Source: a bacterium (GTDB taxonomy: Bacteria > Bacillota > DTU030 > DUMP01). Taken from it: DNA of 64,000 nucleotides. The notes beneath the pieces are model-generated. The model saw only the letters and a program-made list of their open reading frames with translations. It was not told the origin of the DNA and ran no database searches. Location: NCBI GenBank assembly GCA_050951365.1, contig JBMNIX010000011.1, positions 8,845-72,844 of the forward strand, written 5' to 3'. Positions 27,809 through 36,812 of this stretch are shown here, in pieces. Both the position numbers and the translations under genes were made by a program. The stretch's first letter is position 1. Each line of letters begins with the position of its first letter.

Positions 27809-28042
27809 ATGGCACGAGGAAGTTGGAACAAACGAGCACACGTGGTACCGGAAGCTCATCAGGTGATGGACAACTTTAAGTATGAGGTTGCCGCCGAGTT
27901 GGGTATACCGGTTTATCAGGGTTCGGAAGACTACTGGGGTGACATCCCCTCCCGGGATTGTGGTGCTGTTGGTGGCCATATGGTAAGGAAAATGATCCAA
28001 TATGCTGAACAGGCCTTTTTGCAAAACGGCGGTTTCAAGTAG
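27809..28042 (+). CDS. alpha/beta-type small acid-soluble spore protein
   Basis: MARGSWNKRAHVVPEAHQVMDNFKYEVAAELGIP...SRDCGAVGGHMVRKMIQYAEQ matches both conserved SASP blocks. RBS AGGAGGTG lies before ATG 27809. Confidence 0.85.
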   Translation: MARGSWNKRAHVVPEAHQVMDNFKYEVAAELGIPVYQGSEDYWGDIPSRDCGAVGGHMVRKMIQYAEQAFLQNGGFK

Positions 28043-28111
28043 AAAGGGCAGGTTACTCCTGCCCTCTCCTTACATTAGGAAGCAAAATTAAGTTTTGAAA
28101 GGAGAAACGGT

Positions 28112-28558
28112 GTGAAGCTGATCACGCTTGCCATTGCTGCAATTGCTGGCCTAATGATGGCCGTGCAGGGGTCACTTAACGCGGCACTGGGTAAGGTTAT
28201 CGGTCTCTGGGAAGCCACCCTGGTGGTCCACGGCATAGGCACGGTGGTAACCGGTGCGGCTGTTTTTTCATTTGCGGCAGGCAACGGTGCTTTGGGCAAT
28301 ATCACCTCTGCCCCCTGGTACACCCTGCTCGGCGGGGTACTGAGTGTGGTGATAATATACACCGTTGCAGTAAGCATCCCGCGTTTGGGTGTGGCTACAG
28401 CCACCACTGCCATCATCGTGGGACAGGTACTTACCGCTCTTTGCATTGACCATCTAGGGTGTTTCGGTCTGGACCGGGTGTCCTTCACTTGGTTTAAGCT
28501 CTTGGGGCTCGCTTTTTTGGCTGCGGGTGCCTGGCTGCTCCTGCAAAGGCCTAGTTAG
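28112..28558 (+). CDS. DMT-superfamily small membrane protein (DUF606/YdcZ-like)
   Basis: 148 aa with 4-5 TM segments. The N-terminus ...AGLMMAVQGSLNAALGKVIG... is typical of YdcZ-like proteins. Confidence 0.55.
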   Translation: MKLITLAIAAIAGLMMAVQGSLNAALGKVIGLWEATLVVHGIGTVVTGAAVFSFAAGNGALGNITSAPWYTLLGGVLSVVIIYTVAVSIPRLGVATATTAIIVGQVLTALCIDHLGCFGLDRVSFTWFKLLGLAFLAAGAWLLLQRPS

Positions 28559-29945
28559 ACTTGGTCCAGCGGCCCAGAATGTTCTTACCTGCGCTGAAGG
28601 CAATAGATAGGAAGTTCTTTTGGCGGCTCAGAATGTCGTCCAGGGCATTTAGGACGTAGTCAATATCATCCTTGCTAACAATAAGAGGTGGCTCAAGGCG
28701 GATTACGTTGGGATTATTAAGCGTGTAAGCCGTGATAACGTGGTGTTTGTTGAGAAGCTCACCGGCTACCAAAGCACCTTGGTACTCCTGGGCCAGGTTT
28801 TTCAACGTACCACCTGTGAGGGTGTTGAGCAACCCCTCCGGCTGGGCAAACTCAAGACCAATAAACAGTCCACGCCCTCGTACCTCCTTAAGCAGGGGGT
28901 ACTTCTTTTGTAACTCCCGCAGTCCCTTAAGGAAGTAGTCGCCCTTTTCCTTGGCCTGTTCCGGCAGCCGCTGACCCACTATTTCCGTAATACTGGCCAA
29001 AGCCGCGGCCATGGCCCTGGCGTTACCGCCAAAGGTGGAGGTGTGCAGCAAGGCCTTTTCCGTTGAACCATAGGCCCGCTGCCAAACCTCTTCGTCGGCC
29101 ACATAGGCGCTGACAGGCATAACACCGCCCCCCAAAGACTTGGCCAAACAGATGATATCCGGGGCGACGTTTTCATATTCGCACGCAAAAAGATAGCCGG
29201 TACGACCAAAGCCAGTCTGGATCTCGTCGGCGATAAAGAGGGCGCCGTACTTCTTGGTAAGCTCCCGCACACCCTTCAGGTAACCATCAGGCGGTACAAT
29301 AATCCCGCCCTCACCTAGAATGGGCTCTACGATAAAGGCAGCCACGTCACCACCCTTTAGTTTCGCCTCCAGGAGGTCAAGGTCGCCGTAAGGGACAGTC
29401 TCACACCCTGGTACCAAAGGTAAAAAAGGCTCCTGATATTTCTTGCGCCCGGTAACCGAGAGGGCACCCATGGTCTTGCCGTGAAAAGAGCCCTCACAAG
29501 AGATCAGCTTTTGTTTGTCAGTGGCAATGCGGGCCAGTTTCAGGGCACCTTCCACAGCCTCGGCACCGCTGTTACCAAAGAATGATCGTTTAAGCCCGCC
29601 GGGGGTAATTTGTGCCAGGTTATGGGCAAGAGCACCGGCTAGAAGATTCAATGAGGCCTGGAGCATGTTGGGCAGATCTCTAACCCGGTCCACAGCTGCC
29701 AACACTGCCGGGGGGTTATGGCCTAGGTTCAGTGCACCGTAGCTGCCGAGAAAATCACGGTATTCTGTTCCCTCAGCATCCCAAACACGGGTCCCCTCTG
29801 CCCGCACAAACTGCTTATCAAAACCAATTAAGCTCAGCATGGACGCCAGATTAGAATTTATATAATCACGGTTATTTCTTATCATCTCTTCCCGATTCTG
29901 AGCCAGGGCTGCTTCCAGAGTATAGAGATCCAGCTCATCTGTCAT
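28551..29945 (-). CDS. class III PLP-dependent aminotransferase
   Basis: NSGAEAVEGALKLAR, FIADEIQTGFGRTG and TFGGN motifs. ATG 29945 has RBS GGGAGG. Confidence 0.8.
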   Translation of the reverse strand: MTDELDLYTLEAALAQNREEMIRNNRDYINSNLASMLSLIGFDKQFVRAEGTRVWDAEGTEYRDFLGSYGALNLGHNPPAVLAAVDRVRDLPNMLQASLNLLAGALAHNLAQITPGGLKRSFFGNSGAEAVEGALKLARIATDKQKLISCEGSFHGKTMGALSVTGRKKYQEPFLPLVPGCETVPYGDLDLLEAKLKGGDVAAFIVEPILGEGGIIVPPDGYLKGVRELTKKYGALFIADEIQTGFGRTGYLFACEYENVAPDIICLAKSLGGGVMPVSAYVADEEVWQRAYGSTEKALLHTSTFGGNARAMAAALASITEIVGQRLPEQAKEKGDYFLKGLRELQKKYPLLKEVRGRGLFIGLEFAQPEGLLNTLTGGTLKNLAQEYQGALVAGELLNKHHVITAYTLNNPNVIRLEPPLIVSKDDIDYVLNALDDILSRQKNFLSIAFSAGKNILGRWTKSN

Positions 29946-30077
29946 ACCAATCGCCTCCCACACCTAATTAGCTTTTCCCATTTCTCCCCGGGTATTCGAC
30001 AGCTAGGGGCACACATCCTGCTCTCCGCATAGATTAAAAGACAGAGCGACCCCCACGACTCACAGGAGGTGATGACA

Positions 30078-30608
30078 GTGTATCGGATTATCGTTGACGT
30101 GCCGGGCCGCCAGCTCTACCTTTATGACGGTAGCCAACAGATAAGGGATTTCCCCATCGCCGTAGGAAAGCCCGAAACACCTACCCCAGCAGGTACCTAC
30201 ACCATCATTGAAAAGGTTCCATACCCCGGTGGTGCTTTTGGCAGCCGTTGGATGGGTCTTTCCCGGCGTTATTACGGCATCCACGGCACCAATGCACCCT
30301 GGCTTATAGGCCAGGCAGTTTCCAATGGCTGTATCCGTATGTACAATGCAGACGTGGAATACGTGTACGACCTGGTTGAGGTTGGCACAGAGGTACAAAT
30401 TCTTGATCAGGTTCAGGAGCAGGGCAACACTGGTAATCAAGGCACCTACGTGGTGGAACCAGGTGACTCTCTTTGGCTCATTGCCAACCGTTTTGGTACC
30501 ACAGTGGATACCCTAGCAGCCCTCAACCACATCAGCCCACCTTATATGATCTACCCCGGACAAAAACTCTACCTTCCCGGCAGCAACCCAGCAGCGGGAG
30601 GTTTATAG
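30078..30608 (+). CDS. L,D-transpeptidase (YkuD domain) with C-terminal LysM domain
   Basis: YGIHGTNAPWLIGQAVSNGCIRM is the catalytic HxxxxxxxxxSxGC motif. YVVEPGDSLWLIANRFGTTVDTLAALN is a LysM domain. The start is ambiguous (30069, 30072 or 30078). Confidence 0.8.
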   Translation: MYRIIVDVPGRQLYLYDGSQQIRDFPIAVGKPETPTPAGTYTIIEKVPYPGGAFGSRWMGLSRRYYGIHGTNAPWLIGQAVSNGCIRMYNADVEYVYDLVEVGTEVQILDQVQEQGNTGNQGTYVVEPGDSLWLIANRFGTTVDTLAALNHISPPYMIYPGQKLYLPGSNPAAGGL

Positions 30609-30626
30609 CAATTTGGAGGTGAAACC

Positions 30627-31028
30627 ATGGAGTTTGACCGGGAGATCTTCAAATACCCGGCAGTGGAATACATCCCCCTCTATCCTTACACATTAGGCTT
30701 GGAACCTAACTGGGCCTCCGGGCGGCCGGACCAGGTTACACTCTATGTCTTACAGGACCAAGCCGCCTTCGCCGAGGAACTGGCCCGCCTGGGCATAACC
30801 TACAGCGAGCCGGTGGATTTCTCCCGCTACCTGGTGCTCATTACCCTGGGTTATGAGATAACCGGCGCCTGGTACCGCGGCTATTTAACCATACTCTTAG
30901 GAAACCCCTTGCCTGGTGGCTACCACATCGCCCGCATTCCGCGCTGGTACTTTTATAAAGACCGCATCCACTTCGCCCTCTACAGCGATGAAGGTAAGAA
31001 GCTGACCTGGACAAACATTGGTCTTTAG
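30627..31028 (+). CDS. hypothetical protein
   Basis: 133-aa ORF with RBS GGAGGTGA, 18 nt after the L,D-transpeptidase gene. No family recognised. Confidence 0.5.
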   Translation: MEFDREIFKYPAVEYIPLYPYTLGLEPNWASGRPDQVTLYVLQDQAAFAEELARLGITYSEPVDFSRYLVLITLGYEITGAWYRGYLTILLGNPLPGGYHIARIPRWYFYKDRIHFALYSDEGKKLTWTNIGL

Positions 31029-31082
31029 GCTTTGCAGGTTTGGTCGACTAAAACGGTAATCCCTCGTCTAGAAGCGGAAAGA

Positions 31083-31282
31083 CTATACAATCTGCTGTAG
31101 CTCTTGTGCCAAACTGGCCAGGCCCTCCGCTGCTGCCGCTACCTCCTGGCTACTGGCGCTCTGTCTTGGCTGGTAGAGACCAGCTCTTCTGTGGCAGCAG
31201 CGTTCTCCTGGACCACCGCTGAGATAGCGTATACCTTCTCGCTAATACCCTGGCTCTGGGCTTCAATCCCTGACGCAGCCAT
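31083..31282 (-). pseudogene. relic of the 3' end of a methyl-accepting chemotaxis protein gene
   Basis: The minus-strand translation reads ...GIEAQSQGISEKVYAISAVVQENAAATEELVSTSQ. After a frameshift it continues ...SASSQEVAAAAEGLASLAQELQQIV-stop, the typical MCP C-terminal signalling tail. No upstream MCP body is present. Confidence 0.5.
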
Positions 31283-31350
31283 GAACAGTTACAATATCTC
31301 TTCTAGTAATGTTCGCTTGTCCAGGTACTTGCTTCCAATTACTCCGCGTG

Positions 31351-31383
31351 AAAATAATAAAACAGGGTGGACATTCCACCCTG
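31351..31383 (-). terminator. rho-independent terminator after the CAP-domain gene
   Basis: On the minus strand, CAGGGTGGAatgTCCACCCTG is followed by TTTTATTATTTT. Confidence 0.7.
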
Positions 31384-31406
31384 TCGAATAGGTATTTCAA
31401 GCCCAT

Positions 31407-32171
31407 CTAGCCCGCAAATTGCTGGGTAAACATCTTACCGTAGGGACCACCATCCACGATACCGATACCAATTCGGGTAAAGTTTGCACTTAGAATGTTA
31501 GCCCGGTGCCCAGGACTGTTCATAAGGCCGTTGTGCGCCTGTGCTACAGTAGGTGCCCCGGCGATATTCTCACCAGCGTAGCGGTAAGAGATACCAGCCG
31601 CGCTCATCTGATCAAAGGGCGAACCCAGCGTTTCCGAAATGTGGCCAAAGTAGTTGTTTTCGACCATATCACGGCTTTTGGCCCGGGCGGTCTCAACCAA
31701 CCCCTTATCCACTACGAAGGGCTTCAAACCTGCCTTTGCCCGCTCCTGATTGACCAGTTCCAACATTTGAGCCTCATCTTTAGTCAAGCCAGCTGGGGAC
31801 TCAGGGGGGACGGTAGGTTCCGGCTTTGGCGCAGGTGCAGGCTGCGGCTCGGGCACCGGCGTAGGTATAGGCTGGGGTGACGGCACCGGTTTCGGTGCAG
31901 GTGGCTGGGGTTTACTGTCTGGCCGCGGAATCTGAGGGACCGTCTTGTCAGTAAGGTTTAGCACCAACTGAGCTGTTAAACGCTGGGCCAGGCTTTCGAT
32001 AGTTTTCTGGCTCAGAAAACCTCCCAGCTGGCTTTGCAACTGCTCCAGTACCTGCCTATACACCGACTGGTAAAGACCTTCGGCAGTTACCGGTCTAGCC
32101 GGCGCGGCATGGGCAAGCAGGCTGAAGGCCAGCACCAACACAAGCGCCAAGCCCACGATCCGTTTACGCAT
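31407..32171 (-). CDS. secreted CAP/SCP-domain protein (YkwD-like) with a Pro-rich linker
   Basis: A signal peptide, then a PxP-rich linker (PQPPAPKPVPSPQPIPTPVPEPQPAPAPKPEP), then a CAP domain (NYFGHIS...GENIA...MNSPGHRANIL). Confidence 0.75.
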   Translation of the reverse strand: MRKRIVGLALVLVLAFSLLAHAAPARPVTAEGLYQSVYRQVLEQLQSQLGGFLSQKTIESLAQRLTAQLVLNLTDKTVPQIPRPDSKPQPPAPKPVPSPQPIPTPVPEPQPAPAPKPEPTVPPESPAGLTKDEAQMLELVNQERAKAGLKPFVVDKGLVETARAKSRDMVENNYFGHISETLGSPFDQMSAAGISYRYAGENIAGAPTVAQAHNGLMNSPGHRANILSANFTRIGIGIVDGGPYGKMFTQQFAG

Positions 32172-32430
32172 CTTTCCTCTCCTCCCTACAAGACATTGTC
32201 GAATCCCAAGTTGGCAGCCTAATTGTAACTCGAGAGTAAGATCCTGTGCAAAGTCCCATAAAGAGGCAGAGGGACAACTTTCTCCCAGGAGGGATCCTGG
32301 TATGACGTGGCTTGTCCTTAGCTGAGGCAGGCAGCCTTTCTGCCAGTTTAAGATGCTCCTGGGAACGATCTCCTAAGTAGCACGCCACCAAAAAACCACG
32401 GCCGGGCCGTGGTTTTTTGGTGGCCTTTTC

Positions 32431-34029
32431 TTAGCCCTGCCCAATTACCTTTGGCGGGATACAAACCTTTTGCCCGGGATAAACCAATTCTGGTTGCCGC
32501 AGAGCAGGGTTGGCAGCAAGAAGGGCTTCCAGGGTCACTCCGTACCGCTGGGCAATGCTCCAGAGGCTTTCACCCGGCTGTACTACATGAAAGCGCATGG
32601 TGGGACACTCCGCTATCGGTGTCGGCGGAGGGGCAGCAGCTTCGCGCACATCCACCACCACATTAAGCTGAACAGGTTCCGTAACCTTAACGAACGCCTC
32701 AACCACTACAGCCTGCTTTACTAAATTATCGTGCCGCAAAGTCCAGTCCACATCGCCGATAATATTGGTGCGGACGTGGACGTCCATGCCCTCTTCGGCT
32801 CCCGGTGTATCGAGGACAATACGGAAGGGCACATCCTCGCTATGATGCCGCAGCAGGTTACCCATATCCACAAAGAAGATCTGCTTGTGGATGGTACCAC
32901 GTACAATCACACTGTCTTTACGCACTGTAGCCGAGACATTACGCAGTTCGGCCATAATGGAAAAGATCTTCATGGCCTGCATCGGCAACGTTACTTCGCT
33001 TTCGATGGCCTCGCGTTCTGTCGCCTCAGTTACCACCTGATCCACCTTGAGCAAGCGCCGTTCAACTATGATGTTGGGTCCGGTTACATTGGTAACCACC
33101 TGGATCTGCAGAGGCTCTACCACTTTCACGAAGGCCTCAACAATCAAACTCTGGCTAAGCTCTTGACCGTGTCCCCTATGGTCATCGTGATCGTGATGGT
33201 GGTGGTCATGGTCCGGTGGGAAATGGTCATGGATGGGTCTATGCTTTAGCCTAAAGTCATCCACCATCACATTGACGTCAACATAAACGTCCATGTCTGG
33301 CTCAGCACCAGGGATGTCTACAGAGATTGAGAAGGGCACGTTTTCAGGGAAGTGGCGTACCAAATTGCCCTCATCCACGAAGAAAATCTGTTTGTGGATT
33401 ACGCCCTTGATGGTAACAAGATCTTCTTTTACGGTTGCGGTGACATTTCTCACCTCGGCCTTAACCTCAAAAATCTTCAGGGCTTTCATGGGCAACCGTA
33501 CAGTGCTTTCGATGGTTTCGCGGACCGTATCTTCACCAACAACACTCTCCACCCGCAGTAGCTCCCGGGTAACTGTGATGTCCGTGTTGGTAACGTCCGT
33601 TACAACCTCCATTTGCTCGACTTCTGTCACCTTTACGAAGGCCTGTATGGCCACATCCTGGACAACTTCTTTTCCATGTGCAGATAAGGTCCAGTCTACG
33701 TTAACAATCTTGGTGTGCGCCTGACAGGACATTCCGGGATCAGCGCCTTCCACATCAATAAAGAAATGGAACGGCACATCCTCGGGAACGTGGCGTACGA
33801 GATCACCCTGGTCTACGAAGTAAATCTGTTTGTGAATGATCCCCTGCACATAGACACCGTCGCGACGGATTTCGCAGCGCGTGTTTTTAAGCGTAGCCTG
33901 GACCTCGAAAACCTTGATCGCCTGCACAGGAAGTGTAATGGTTGCCTGCACAGTCTTGGTTTCAGTCGCCTCACCGATTACCCGCTGAACACGCAGCAGG
34001 CGACGACGTACTGTCAAATGAGGTGCCAT
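32431..34029 (-). CDS. three tandem DUF3794-like repeats, a His-rich insert and a C-terminal LysM domain (SipL-like spore morphogenetic protein candidate)
   Basis: The unit ...LLRV..V.GE.T....I...V.LP..A.KIF.....L.N......D.V...G.IHKQI(F/Y)FVD.G.L.RH..E.VPF....D.PGA... occurs 3 times. The insert is HRPIHDHFPPDHDHHHHDHDDHRGHG. The LysM domain is HVVQPGESLWSIAQRYGVTLEALLAAN. ATG 34029 has RBS AAGGAGGGA. Confidence 0.7.
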   Translation of the reverse strand: MAPHLTVRRRLLRVQRVIGEATETKTVQATITLPVQAIKVFEVQATLKNTRCEIRRDGVYVQGIIHKQIYFVDQGDLVRHVPEDVPFHFFIDVEGADPGMSCQAHTKIVNVDWTLSAHGKEVVQDVAIQAFVKVTEVEQMEVVTDVTNTDITVTRELLRVESVVGEDTVRETIESTVRLPMKALKIFEVKAEVRNVTATVKEDLVTIKGVIHKQIFFVDEGNLVRHFPENVPFSISVDIPGAEPDMDVYVDVNVMVDDFRLKHRPIHDHFPPDHDHHHHDHDDHRGHGQELSQSLIVEAFVKVVEPLQIQVVTNVTGPNIIVERRLLKVDQVVTEATEREAIESEVTLPMQAMKIFSIMAELRNVSATVRKDSVIVRGTIHKQIFFVDMGNLLRHHSEDVPFRIVLDTPGAEEGMDVHVRTNIIGDVDWTLRHDNLVKQAVVVEAFVKVTEPVQLNVVVDVREAAAPPPTPIAECPTMRFHVVQPGESLWSIAQRYGVTLEALLAANPALRQPELVYPGQKVCIPPKVIGQG

Positions 34030-34207
34030 GCTTTCTTCCCTCCTTGCCAAAATCTCAGTCTAAATATATGCACCGGGGGAGGGTTGTGTGCTTTTTTTGC
34101 ATCGGAAGAAAAAAACTGTCCCACCAGGGCTCTAGCAGGTATTCCGGGGCAAACCTTGCGCATAGCCAGAGGCCACGGGCGGATAATAAACACAAGGAGG
34201 TGGGAAA

Positions 34208-34429
34208 ATGGCTCCTGTAACCATGGCAACAGAACGAGAAAAACTGAACTTGGTGGATCAACTAACCGCTGAACAGCTGAAGCAAAAAAAATACGCCCTC
34301 TACGCTGCCGAGTGTGAGGACGAAGACCTGAGCAGACTCTTTAGTCGCCTAGCGAAAAGCAGCGCCCAGCATGAAGCGAAACTCCAAGAGATCATGCGCG
34401 AGACAGGGCTTAGCATTCAGCAGCATTAG
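34208..34429 (+). CDS. small hypothetical protein upstream of the CotF-like gene
   Basis: 73 aa with RBS AAGGAGGTG. It is helical and charged, and lies 11 nt upstream of the CotF-like gene. Confidence 0.5.
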   Translation: MAPVTMATEREKLNLVDQLTAEQLKQKKYALYAAECEDEDLSRLFSRLAKSSAQHEAKLQEIMRETGLSIQQH

Positions 34430-34440
34430 GAGGTGAAAAG

Positions 34441-34674
34441 ATGCACGGGACAAAGTTTACCGATCGCGATCGTCTAACAGACATGCTCCTTCTTACCAAC
34501 AGCCTCGCTGGCGGCTACCATAGCGCCGCCCTGGAGTCAGCCACACCGAAACTGCGGGCAGCCCTCGCTGAGCTTCATGCCGAGGAATTAAAAGACGCTG
34601 AGACTCTCTTTAACGCTATGGAAGAACGCGGCTGGTATCGACCTGAACCGGCCGGCCCTCCCAACATGCGGTGA
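34441..34674 (+). CDS. spore coat protein, Coat F (CotF-like) domain
   Basis: ...TDRDRLTDMLLLTNSLAGGYHSAALESATPKLRAALAELHAEE...MEERGWY matches the Coat_F pattern. RBS AGGAGGTGA. Confidence 0.7.
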   Translation: MHGTKFTDRDRLTDMLLLTNSLAGGYHSAALESATPKLRAALAELHAEELKDAETLFNAMEERGWYRPEPAGPPNMR

Positions 34675-34735
34675 TGTGTCCTGACAGCACCACCAACCGC
34701 ACCTCAGCATAGGCTGAGGTGGGAGGTGGTGTGCC

Positions 34736-34999
34736 TTGGATAAGACGCTCATTGTGGCTCTTATCATGGTTCTAGTAGAAGGTTTGAAACTGAAAGGGCT
34801 GGCCTCTGAATACGCGCCGCTGGTGGCAGTGGTCCTGGGAATCATGCTCAATCTCGGTAACATGGTTCTCTTCAGCAATCAAACCCTGGTTCAGGCCATC
34901 ATCCAAGGAATAATCATGGGACTATCCGCCATTGGCCTCTATCAAGCCAGCCATTCCGCCCGCATTCTTCTTCGCCGTATTCAAGTCAAACGTCGCTGA
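34736..34999 (+). CDS. small membrane protein, holin-like (2-3 TM segments, basic C-terminus)
   Basis: 87 aa with hydrophobic segments and a terminal RILLRRIQVKRR. The architecture resembles holins, but no motif-level proof is available. Confidence 0.3.
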   Translation: MDKTLIVALIMVLVEGLKLKGLASEYAPLVAVVLGIMLNLGNMVLFSNQTLVQAIIQGIIMGLSAIGLYQASHSARILLRRIQVKRR

Positions 35000-35074
35000 G
35001 AAAAAGAAGCCCCCTGGCTTAATGAATTGAACCGCAAGAAAAAGAGGTTCAGCTCATAATGCCAAGGGGGCTTT

Positions 35075-35341
35075 TTAACGACAGGCTATCTTGCGTTCCT
35101 CGCCCTCACACAGGCTGATCTCTACTGTCTTGGTAAGGACATCGGAGTAACTGTAGGATACCCTTTTCACAGGAGTGTCATCGTCCACTAACCGGACGGT
35201 AAAAACATTGGGATAGGTCTGTTCCAGAACCCCTTCCCGAACCACCACTTTCTGGCGGCCACGGTAGGCTTGAAGGCGTAGGCGCTGACCGCGGCAAGCT
35301 TCCAGCTTACTGCGGATCTCTGCCAGCGTGCCCTGACGCAT
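35075..35341 (-). CDS. veg: Veg protein (DUF1021)
   Basis: MRQGTLAEIRSKLEACRGQRLRLQAYRGRQKVVVREGVLEQTYPNVFTVRL...RVSYSYSDVLTKTVE aligns with B. subtilis Veg. ATG 35341 has RBS GGGAGG. It lies next to yabG, as in Bacillus. Confidence 0.85.
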   Translation of the reverse strand: MRQGTLAEIRSKLEACRGQRLRLQAYRGRQKVVVREGVLEQTYPNVFTVRLVDDDTPVKRVSYSYSDVLTKTVEISLCEGEERKIACR

Positions 35342-35522
35342 GGTATTCAACCTCCCTTGTCCGAAAGTTAGCGGGAAAAGCGCTCTTAATGTCCATATTT
35401 TATCACAATTAGTCCTGACTGTCAACCAAAATAATTTATTATACCGAAGGTCTCTATCATAGTCAAGGCCATGAAATAGAAAAAACCTGGGCCGATAGCT
35501 AAGCTACCGGCCCAGATGGGGA

Positions 35523-36395
35523 TCATCCTCCCTTAGGAAACCCAAGCCGGAATTTGCCACGGGTTTCTATACCACCAACACCCTTTTTCCCGGTGATGGT
35601 GCTGGACACCAGCTCCGGCAGATTCACCAACTTGTTAAAGGGTGTAAAAGCAACCTCTTCAGCGACGAAAACAGGATCTAGACAATGGATGAGAACCCGA
35701 CCCGGGGCACTGGCGTAGTTGGCACCAGCTGCAATGATAGCCTCAAAGTTCGACTGGCAGGCACCAGCAAAGATAACCAGCTCATCGCGCGCGGCTTGCA
35801 CTTGGCGCGCTTTCTTTACCGACTCAATGAAGTAACGCGTATTTCTGTAGCTCTGGGGATCATTGTAGTCACGGGCTCCCTTTATAAGGGCATCGTGCCC
35901 TGTAAGGACGAGAATATCCGGGGAGTGCTCCCGGATAAGATCAGCCACGTACTTGGGCTGCTCCTGCTCCGAAACATTGATCCCCACAGCGGTCATCCCA
36001 AGCTGTTTATAAGCGTTGAGGCAGAATTCTAGGTAATCGGGATCACCATCTAAGTGGAGCACAGTCCCCGGCAACTCAAAAAAATCCTGTGTGCCGTCGT
36101 TCCCGGCTGCCCCCTTCAACACCTGTTCTCGCACCAGGCTTTGGCGCTGGCTGATGTGACGAAAGCACTCAACATCCCTCTTGAGCAGTTTTTCCTTGAA
36201 CTCCCGCAGTTCCACGGACCCCACCTTACGAAGGTCTGTCAGTGGCGCATCAGCGATAAGACGAACATCTAGCCCCTTCAATATAGCCACTGCCCGGTCT
36301 CCTGCCCCCTCGAACAGTATCTCCATTACCTTGAAGAAGACATCCCCTTTATAAGAACGACGGGCGACTATGTCTCCCTGCTGGATATTCTCCAT
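35523..36395 (-). CDS. yabG: sporulation-specific protease YabG
   Basis: Collinear with B. subtilis YabG: GDIVARRSYKGDVFFKV..., LPGTVLHLDGDPDYL, ILVLTGHDA, VIFAGACQSNFEAIIAAGANYASAPGRVLIHCLDPV, GGIETRG. Confidence 0.9.
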   Translation of the reverse strand: MENIQQGDIVARRSYKGDVFFKVMEILFEGAGDRAVAILKGLDVRLIADAPLTDLRKVGSVELREFKEKLLKRDVECFRHISQRQSLVREQVLKGAAGNDGTQDFFELPGTVLHLDGDPDYLEFCLNAYKQLGMTAVGINVSEQEQPKYVADLIREHSPDILVLTGHDALIKGARDYNDPQSYRNTRYFIESVKKARQVQAARDELVIFAGACQSNFEAIIAAGANYASAPGRVLIHCLDPVFVAEEVAFTPFNKLVNLPELVSSTITGKKGVGGIETRGKFRLGFPKGG

Positions 36396-36531
36396 GCTTG
36401 CACACTCCCTCCACCCGTCCTACATCATGATATGAAGTACGGGAATAAAGGGTGTCAGGGGTGAAAGTAAGGTCAAGAACCAAAATACACCCGCCGCGGC
36501 GGGTGCTTTCTCTTCAGAGGGTGTTCTAAGA

Positions 36532-36738
36532 TCAATAACCGCTCAAGTCCAGCCAGTAAGGGATGTCGCCACCAGCGGTGTTGAAGGCAAATTCCGGCTC
36601 TGTCGCTTCTTTTGCACCCTCCACTCTCATTGTAGTACGGTGAGGTACAGGGCGGTTCATAAAGTGAGAAAGGCTGGAAAGGCGGGGGTTAGAAAGATTG
36701 CCGTGGTTACGGCCGAAGTTCGAACTGCTGTGCAGCAA
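36532..36738 (-). CDS. hypothetical small protein
   Basis: A 68-aa ORF from TTG 36738, placed 6 nt after a perfect AAGGAGGTG RBS. No family recognised. Confidence 0.3.
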   Translation of the reverse strand: MLHSSSNFGRNHGNLSNPRLSSLSHFMNRPVPHRTTMRVEGAKEATEPEFAFNTAGGDIPYWLDLSGY

Positions 36739-36812
36739 TACTAGCACCTCCTTGCGGTGTAGTATGCCCGCAAACACAGATAAGGTTTGCCTTACCCCAA
36801 AAACCGCTCTCC

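Noticed and set aside
31104-31391. 95-aa plus-strand ORF in the gap after 30627..31028
   Set aside because: It has no RBS. It is antisense to the recognisable MCP C-terminal relic and runs through the terminator hairpin of the CAP-domain gene.
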